Part shown: piece after piece, positions 57,748 through 64,000 of the stretch
How the letters are laid out: every line of letters begins with the position of its first letter
Position numbering within the stretch: the first letter of the stretch is position 1
Assembly: GCA_977020255.1 (NCBI GenBank)
Contig: CDROCS010006357.1
Location: 124,001 to 188,000, forward strand
Direction of reading: 5' to 3'
Length of the DNA stretch: 64,000 nucleotides
From: Obrimoposthia wandeli
Taxonomy: Eukaryota
The notes under the pieces: generated by a model
What the model saw: only the letters and a program-made list of their open reading frames with translations
What the model was told of the DNA's origin: nothing
Database searches by the model: none
Translations under genes and position numbers: made by a program

Positions 57748-58520
57748 TTATTTCCCTTTGGTTGACAATGAACATCTGAAAAAATGTGTTGCTGTACTAA
57801 TTCACTGAGCATTGCGAGCATAGTGTCATCTGCATTATCCAGCGTTTTCTGTTGTTGGCTTAAGGTAACAAGTGCGGTCGCGGCGCGATTGGTATTCATC
57901 ACCAAAATCTGTTTGTCACGGTGCTGGATAATGGCTGATTCAGGTTGATTAATATCGAATTCTTCGAAGTTATTATTCGTTACCATTTGCCACAAGGTGA
58001 CCACAGCGTAAGACGAATCAAAACATAAAGTGAGCTGTGGTACTTCAAATTGTAACGATGGAAAATCGTTCTCTGCCAAACCTTGAAGTTTGTGGAGTGG
58101 AAACGATGAATGGATAGCGGGCTGATGATTAGCACGATCAACGCACCATTCTAACGCTGCTAAATCAGCAAGGTATGGAACGGCTTGATGTAATTCGCCG
58201 GTATGGGTAATTACGTCATCTAACCCTGAACCATAATGGCTAACATCCCCTTGCTCAAGGGGATGAGACAGTACATATTGGCGTGCTAATTGGCTAAAGC
58301 ATTCATCACCTACGACGGCTTTTACTGCGGGGTAAGTCGCTTCTAATATCTCAGATAAACTAATAATGAAGTTATTACGGTAAATCTGAATTAACTGATC
58401 TGCAGGAAATTGCCCTCGAGCAATTTGATTTGTCACGTCACTCTCTTGATAGTGGAGTGCATCAGAAAATGCTTTTTGCAGATCATGCAGAGAGCGGCTA
58501 GGGGGTTGCGATTTGTCCAT
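57744..58520 (-). CDS. DUF2063 partner protein (BufC/HvfC-like)
   Basis: LQKAF, IYRNN, L..TYPAV..VVG.ECF..LARQY, YG, YLADLA.LEW. Confidence 0.85.
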   Translation of the reverse strand: MDKSQPPSRSLHDLQKAFSDALHYQESDVTNQIARGQFPADQLIQIYRNNFIISLSEILEATYPAVKAVVGDECFSQLARQYVLSHPLEQGDVSHYGSGLDDVITHTGELHQAVPYLADLAALEWCVDRANHQPAIHSSFPLHKLQGLAENDFPSLQFEVPQLTLCFDSSYAVVTLWQMVTNNNFEEFDINQPESAIIQHRDKQILVMNTNRAATALVTLSQQQKTLDNADDTMLAMLSELVQQHIFSDVHCQPKGNK

Positions 58521-59358
58521 ATTGCGCCTCCTGCATTAAAATTGTATTGGCTTTATCAGCTTCCCCTAATAACACCGAGAGTTCAGGGATATCTAAATCC
58601 CATTCAATCAGCGTGGGGGTCGCACCGTGTTGCTGTATCCAATGGCGGTACATTTGCCATACGGGCTCACTGACGGGTTTGCTATGGGTATCGATCCAAA
58701 TCTCCCCATCATCAAACTTCTTTACCGTAAAGCCAGCAAGATGAATTTCTTTTACCGCTAATGGATCTAATGCCGAAATGTATTCATTGCTGTCAAAACC
58801 GTGATTAAAGGCACTGACATAAATGTTATTAAAGTCGAGCAGCAATCCACACCCAGTACGTTGTTGTACATGATGCAGAAACTCCCATTCTGGAATAGCC
58901 GAATGTTGGAAGCTTAAATAACTGGATGGGTTTTCAACCAGTAACTGACGACCGAGAAAATCTTGCACCTGTTCGACTTTTTCGCAAAAGTTGCTCAGGG
59001 CTTCTTCGGTATAAGGGAGCGGCAGTAAATCATTAAAAAACTGCCCGTCAACTGAACTCCAACTGAGATGATCTGAGACTGCAATCGGGTTTACCTCATC
59101 AACTAACTGCTTTAGTTGGGCAAGGTGATCGTAGTTTAATGGATCAGCTGACCCCAGTGACAATCCAATACCATGACAACTGATAGGGTAACTCTCGGCT
59201 ATTTGACGTAGTTGTTCTCGCGCCATAGAAGCCGGATTAAAATAGTTCTCACTATGAATCTCAAACCAGCCAATATCTGGCTGTTGAGTAATGACTTGAG
59301 ATACGTGGGGAGAGCGTAAGCCCACCCCAACCATCTGTTGTTGAGACAATAAGCTCAA
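58498..59358 (-). CDS. DUF692 multinuclear non-heme iron oxidative enzyme (BufB/MbnB/TglH family)
   Basis: GVGLR, EIHSENY, HGIGLSLG, SDHLSW, DLLPLP, ENPSSY, LLLDFNNIYV, EIHLAG, IDTH, LIEWD. Confidence 0.93.
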   Translation of the reverse strand: MSLLSQQQMVGVGLRSPHVSQVITQQPDIGWFEIHSENYFNPASMAREQLRQIAESYPISCHGIGLSLGSADPLNYDHLAQLKQLVDEVNPIAVSDHLSWSSVDGQFFNDLLPLPYTEEALSNFCEKVEQVQDFLGRQLLVENPSSYLSFQHSAIPEWEFLHHVQQRTGCGLLLDFNNIYVSAFNHGFDSNEYISALDPLAVKEIHLAGFTVKKFDDGEIWIDTHSKPVSEPVWQMYRHWIQQHGATPTLIEWDLDIPELSVLLGEADKANTILMQEAQYGQIATP

Positions 59359-59362
59359 TTAC

Positions 59363-59620
59363 TTAGCCCTCAGTAGAACCACCCGCTAGGCGGTCGCATA
59401 ACCCTTTGGGTACCATCATGAATGCATCTTTTTGGCCATCAGCTTTTGATGTTCCGGCACATGAACTGGTTTTGGTCGCACAGTCATTCTTACCGGCTTT
59501 AGCTACGCCGTAGCACTTTTCTTTTTCTTCAGCGGCAACGGCAGAGGTAGAAGCCACAGTACCCGCTAGAGCAATAAGACCTGAAACAGCAGTAGCTAAA
59601 GCAATATTGGTTTTTTTCAT
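59363..59620 (-). CDS. DUF2282 RiPP precursor, copy 2 (BufA1-like)
   Basis: Sec signal ending AVA; EKCYGV..AGKNDC..SSCAG..K.D..DAF..VPKGLC.RL.GG with 4 Cys. Confidence 0.9.
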   Translation of the reverse strand: MKKTNIALATAVSGLIALAGTVASTSAVAAEEKEKCYGVAKAGKNDCATKTSSCAGTSKADGQKDAFMMVPKGLCDRLAGGSTEG

Positions 59621-59686
59621 GATGGTTCCTCAAAATTTACGTATTGCTGCGCAATGGCACAGCAAGATATTTAATTAGTTAAAAGG

Positions 59687-59947
59687 TTACGCTGATTCGG
59701 TAGAACCACCCGATAAGCGGTCACATAGACCTTTAGGAACCATAATGAAAGCATCTTTCTGACCATCAGCTTTTGCTGTGCCGGCACATGAACTGGTTTT
59801 GGTCGCACAGTCATTTTTACCCGCTTCAGCAACGCCGTAGCACTTTTCTTTTTCATCAGCGGCAACCGCAGATGTTGAAGCGACTGTTCCGGCTAGAGCA
59901 ATAAGACCTGAAACGGCAGTGGCTAAGGCAATGTTTGTCTTTTTCAT
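59687..59947 (-). CDS. DUF2282 RiPP precursor, copy 1 (BufA1-like)
   Basis: Same architecture; SD gagga; Cys36, 47, 54, 75. Confidence 0.9.
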   Translation of the reverse strand: MKKTNIALATAVSGLIALAGTVASTSAVAADEKEKCYGVAEAGKNDCATKTSSCAGTAKADGQKDAFIMVPKGLCDRLSGGSTESA

Positions 59948-60191
59948 AATAAATCCTCTTTAATACGTTGGCTGTTGCTGTAGTTGCAACGTTTCCTTTG
60001 ATTTAACTTACTTTGCTATGGCGCTTTAAGCGCTCTCGAAATATAAGAAAGGGTAAACACAGAATTAATTTCACCTTTTTTTATCTTTTTTAAAGATTCA
60101 TTAACAATTCCGCTAAGAAAAAGCATAGAACAAAAATAAACAAGCAAGGTATTGTGTAATCAAAAGTTATCAAAGCATTCTGAAAATGAGC

Positions 60192-60224
60192 TGGTATAAT
60201 CCTCACCATTGTATAAATAACCAG
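60192..60224 (+). promoter_or_regulatory. uvrD extended -10 (TGgTATAAT) and degenerate LexA box (60209-60224)
   Basis: tTGTATAAATAACCAG versus the E. coli uvrD SOS box CTGTATATATACCCAG. Confidence 0.6.
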
Positions 60225-60233
60225 TAGATAGCG

Positions 60234-62408
60234 ATGGACGTTTCACTCCTGTTAGATGGGCTCAATGACAAACAAAGAGAAGCGGTGGCAGCACCGTTAG
60301 GAAACCACCTTGTACTAGCGGGAGCGGGTAGTGGTAAAACCCGAGTGCTAGTCCATCGTATTGCGTGGTTAATGCAGATAGAACAAGCGTCGTCGTACTC
60401 GGTCATGTCTGTGACGTTTACTAATAAAGCGGCTGCTGAAATGCGTGGTCGAATTAATGAATTGATGCAAGGTTCATCGGCGGGCATGTGGAATGGTACA
60501 TTCCACGGTTTATGCCATCGCATGCTACGTGCGCATTATCTTGATGCGCGTTTACCTGATGATTTCAATATTCTTGATTCTGATGATCAAATGCGTTTGT
60601 TACGCCGTTTGATTAAAGCGCAAAATCTTGATGAAAAGCATTGGCCAGCACGCCAAGCTGCGTGGTACATCAACGGTAAAAAAGACGAAGGTTTACGCCC
60701 TGCCAATATTGATGCTTTTAACGATCCGGTTGAAAAAACATGGTTGCGTATTTATACCGCCTACCAAGAGGCGTGTGATCGTGCAGGATTAGTCGATTTT
60801 GCTGAATTGTTGTTACGTGCTTTTGAATTGGTTCGTGACAATAAACATATTCGTGAGCATTACCAAGCGCGTTTCAAGCACATTTTGGTCGACGAATTTC
60901 AAGATACCAACAACATCCAATTTGCATGGCTGCGCTTAATGGCGGGTGTCGATTGTAATGTGATGATCGTGGGTGATGATGATCAGTCAATCTATGGCTG
61001 GCGTGGTGCTCAGGTTGAAAATATTCAACGCTTCTTGCGTGATTTTACCAATGCATCGTCTATTTTCCTTGAACAAAATTACCGCTCTACCGGTAACATT
61101 CTAAATGCTGCCAATGAATTAATTGCCAATAACAATGAGCGTATGGGCAAGAAGTTATGGACGGATGGTGAAGATGGCGAGTTGATCTCACTGTATTCTG
61201 CTTTTAATGAATTGGATGAAGCCCGTTTTTCGGTGGGTAAAATCAAAGAATGGCGTAATGAAAAAGGCGGTTCGCTGAACGATACGGCCTTTTTATACCG
61301 TAGCAATGCGCAATCTCGCGTACTGGAAGAAGCCTTAATTCAAGCGGGTTTACCGTACCGTATTTATGGTGGTATGCGTTTCTTCGAACGTCAGGAAGTG
61401 AAAGATTCACTGGCGTACCTGCGTTTGATGGCCAACCGAAATGATGATGCCTCTTTTGAGCGTGTGGTGAATACCCCTACGCGTGGTCTGGGCGATCGTA
61501 CCTTAGAAACTATTCGTTTAGCCGCCCGTGATCGCAGTGTCACCATGTGGCAAGCCAGTATATCGCTGCTTGAAGAGCAAGTGCTGGCGGGCCGTGCCGC
61601 GAACTCATTACGTCGTTTTATTGAGTTGGTTAATGCACTGGAAGACGATACGCGAGACTTACCGTTATTCCAGCAAACGGATGATGTGATCCGTAACTCG
61701 GGTTTGCGTGCGATGTACGAGCAAGAAAAAGGCGAAAAAGCCCAGGCTCGTATCGAAAACTTAGAAGAATTAGTCACGGCAACGCGTCAATTTGTCGTGC
61801 CAGAAGAAGCGGAAGAGATGACGCCATTAGCGGCGTTTTTATCCCATGCGGCACTAGAAGCTGGCGAAGGTCAGGCAAATGACTTTGAAGATGCGGTGCA
61901 GTTAATGACCATGCACAGTGCGAAAGGGTTAGAGTTCCCTATTGTCTTCATGGTGGGTGTTGAAGAGGGCATGTTCCCGAGTTCACGCACCACGGAAGAA
62001 GTCGGACGCTTAGAAGAAGAACGTCGCTTGTGTTACGTCGGCATGACCCGTGCGATGAAGAAGTTGTACATCACGTATGCTGAAATGCGCCGTTTATACG
62101 GTAAAGATAATTTCCATAAGCCATCACGATTTATTCGTGAAATTCCTACGGAGTTTGTGGAAGAAGTGCGGATGAAAGCACAAGTCTCTCGTCCTGCAAG
62201 TAGTGGACGTTTTAGCCAAACCCAAGTGAATGATAACTTTAACCAAACGGGTTTTAATTTAGGCCAACGTGTTAAGCACCCTAAATTTGGTGACGGTACC
62301 ATCATTAATTTTGAAGGCAGTGGTGCGCAAAGCCGTGTTCAAGTCGCTTTCAATGGTGAAGGTATTAAGTGGTTAGTGACGCAGTACGCTAAGCTCGATC
62401 CGATGTAA
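60234..62408 (+). CDS. uvrD: DNA helicase II
   Basis: AGAGSGKT, DEFQD, GDDDQSIY, QNYRS, HSAKGLE, EERRLCYV. Confidence 0.97.
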   Translation: MDVSLLLDGLNDKQREAVAAPLGNHLVLAGAGSGKTRVLVHRIAWLMQIEQASSYSVMSVTFTNKAAAEMRGRINELMQGSSAGMWNGTFHGLCHRMLRAHYLDARLPDDFNILDSDDQMRLLRRLIKAQNLDEKHWPARQAAWYINGKKDEGLRPANIDAFNDPVEKTWLRIYTAYQEACDRAGLVDFAELLLRAFELVRDNKHIREHYQARFKHILVDEFQDTNNIQFAWLRLMAGVDCNVMIVGDDDQSIYGWRGAQVENIQRFLRDFTNASSIFLEQNYRSTGNILNAANELIANNNERMGKKLWTDGEDGELISLYSAFNELDEARFSVGKIKEWRNEKGGSLNDTAFLYRSNAQSRVLEEALIQAGLPYRIYGGMRFFERQEVKDSLAYLRLMANRNDDASFERVVNTPTRGLGDRTLETIRLAARDRSVTMWQASISLLEEQVLAGRAANSLRRFIELVNALEDDTRDLPLFQQTDDVIRNSGLRAMYEQEKGEKAQARIENLEELVTATRQFVVPEEAEEMTPLAAFLSHAALEAGEGQANDFEDAVQLMTMHSAKGLEFPIVFMVGVEEGMFPSSRTTEEVGRLEEERRLCYVGMTRAMKKLYITYAEMRRLYGKDNFHKPSRFIREIPTEFVEEVRMKAQVSRPASSGRFSQTQVNDNFNQTGFNLGQRVKHPKFGDGTIINFEGSGAQSRVQVAFNGEGIKWLVTQYAKLDPM

Positions 62409-62429
62409 TACCGATTGGCATAAAAGAAT

Positions 62430-62485
62430 AAAAAAAGCCCGCTTTGCCCGTTTCTTGTAATAAGAACGGACAAAGCGGTTTTTTT
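62430..62485. terminator. Long bidirectional terminator uvrD/ggt
   Basis: A-run, cgctttg.ccgtttctt-gtaat-aagaacgg.caaagcg, T-run. Confidence 0.75.
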
Positions 62486-62537
62486 GTTTTAGGTCTGTGC
62501 GTTGTTAGCGAAGGATCTTGCTGATTAGCCAAGGCGC

Positions 62538-64000
62538 TTACTGAGCAATGACTTTACCTTCACGACGTGGATCTGCCGCCCCCGTGAGCGATTTACCGTC
62601 AACACGAATAGCTTGAACACCAGAATTTAACTCTTTCACTTTTACCTTAAAGCCGAGCTGTTCCAGTTTCGGTGCCCATTGTTCAGCGGTTGTACCTTGC
62701 TCTAATTCAAACGCGCCAAAGCGGTTATTCATATTGGGTAAGTTGAAGGCTTGCTGAAGGTTTAACCCCCAATCAAGATGTGCCACTAAAGTCTTGGCGA
62801 CATACCCAATAATTTGACTACCGCCGGGTGAACCAACAGCCATATACGGTTCACCGTCTTTCATCACAATAGTGGGTGCCATGGACGATCGTGGACGTTT
62901 GCCGGGTTCAATCCGATTGGCAATTGGTACACCATCGGCATGGCTGCGGAATGAGAAATCCGTTAATTCATTATTGAGTAAGAATCCACGTACCATTAAG
63001 CGCGAACCAAAGCCATTTTCAATGGTGGTGGTGACCGACACCATATTGCGGTCTTTATCGACAATCGAAAAATGGCTGGTAGACGGTAACTCAATGGATT
63101 CATCTAACGCGTAATTCATCGCATGTGACCAAGGTGGCTTACCCGCCGCCGTCGTTGATAGAGCGGTTTCACCTTTCAGTAGCGTTGCACGTTGTTCGAT
63201 ATAATCAGCGGCTAATAAGCCCTTGGTAGGCATAGGTACATAATCGCTGTCTGCCATGTACTTCCCACGATCGGCAAAGGCTAAACGAGAAGCGTCACCG
63301 AGTAAGCGCCAACTTTGAATGTTCTCAGGGCCCATATCAGCAATGGGGTAATGGCTTAGCATGCCCATTATCTGCCCCAAGGTTAATGCCCCTGAGCTGG
63401 GTGGCCCCATGCCACATATCGAATATTGACGATAAGGTGCGCAGACGGGTTCACGCTCTTTTACTTGGTAGGTGGCCAAATCCATGGTGCTTAATACGCC
63501 GGGGTTAGCTTCCACGCCACGCACCGTTTTAACAATGTCTTTGGCAATTTTACCGTGGTAGAACGCACTCGCACCTTGGTCTGCTATTAGACTTAATGTA
63601 TCGGCATAAGCGGGGTTTTTAAGGTTTTGTCCTGCCTTGATGGGTGAGCCATCTTGATTAAAGAAGTAGGCTTTGGCTTGTGCTGAACGTTGTAAATAGT
63701 CTTGATCGTTGGCCACTAATTGAGCTAATCGCGGGCTAACAATAAAGCCATTCTTAGCCAGATTTATCGCGGGTTCAAAGAGAGCTTTCCACGGTAATTT
63801 ACCTAAACGCTGATGGGTATGTTGCAGTAATTTAACAGTGCCGGGTGTACCCACTGAGCGGCCACCGACAACCGCATCAAAAAATTTGAGTGGTTCGCCT
63901 TTATCATCCTGAAATAACCGTGGTGTAACACCATAAGGTGCCGTTTCGCGACCATCAAATGATGTTAATGCCTCTTTTCTAGCATCCCAATACATTAAAA
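62538..64000 (-). CDS. ggt: Gamma-glutamyltranspeptidase (5' end beyond the window)
   Basis: DGRETAP, PPSSG, TSHFSIVD (Thr nucleophile), NNELTDF, PGKRPRSSMAP, GSPGG, DPRR. Confidence 0.94.
   Translation of the reverse strand, partial: LMYWDARKEALTSFDGRETAPYGVTPRLFQDDKGEPLKFFDAVVGGRSVGTPGTVKLLQHTHQRLGKLPWKALFEPAINLAKNGFIVSPRLAQLVANDQDYLQRSAQAKAYFFNQDGSPIKAGQNLKNPAYADTLSLIADQGASAFYHGKIAKDIVKTVRGVEANPGVLSTMDLATYQVKEREPVCAPYRQYSICGMGPPSSGALTLGQIMGMLSHYPIADMGPENIQSWRLLGDASRLAFADRGKYMADSDYVPMPTKGLLAADYIEQRATLLKGETALSTTAAGKPPWSHAMNYALDESIELPSTSHFSIVDKDRNMVSVTTTIENGFGSRLMVRGFLLNNELTDFSFRSHADGVPIANRIEPGKRPRSSMAPTIVMKDGEPYMAVGSPGGSQIIGYVAKTLVAHLDWGLNLQQAFNLPNMNNRFGAFELEQGTTAEQWAPKLEQLGFKVKVKELNSGVQAIRVDGKSLTGAADPRREGKVIAQ

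Overview
Core-chromosome window of a Vibrionaceae bacterium. The 16S sequence and gene order suggest Photobacterium (inference; no database search was possible). Most of the window is housekeeping: tusA, LysR, acuI, fadAB, yigZ-trkH-hemG, two directly tandem tRNA-less rRNA operons, yjiH, gor-rlmJ-prlC, gppA-rhlB-trxA-rho, ubiD-ferredoxin-fre, asnC, a PAS-GGDEF-EAL protein, rsmJ, hemYXDC, cyaA-cyaY-lptM-lysA-dapF-yigA-xerC-yigB, uvrD and a partial ggt. There are three accessory items. (1) A bufferin-type RiPP operon (57286-59947, minus strand) inserted between yigB and uvrD, with TWO tandem near-identical DUF2282 four-Cys secreted precursors, a DUF692 multinuclear iron enzyme, a DUF2063 partner and DoxX, and no cognate sigma/anti-sigma in the window. 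(2) A ~2.03 kb class-C-like group II intron inserted just after a terminator hairpin; it separates gor from its terminator, has atypical RNA features and a fragmented RT ORF. (3) A decayed IS630 relic after the second rRNA operon. Hand-found items missing from the ORF track are a 29-aa membrane peptide, the LptM/YifL lipoprotein, a textbook LysR double-box promoter for acuI, and FadR, CRP and LexA sites. Indels cluster in multicopy repeats (rRNA, intron) while single-copy genes are intact, so some 'mutations' may be assembly or polishing errors.
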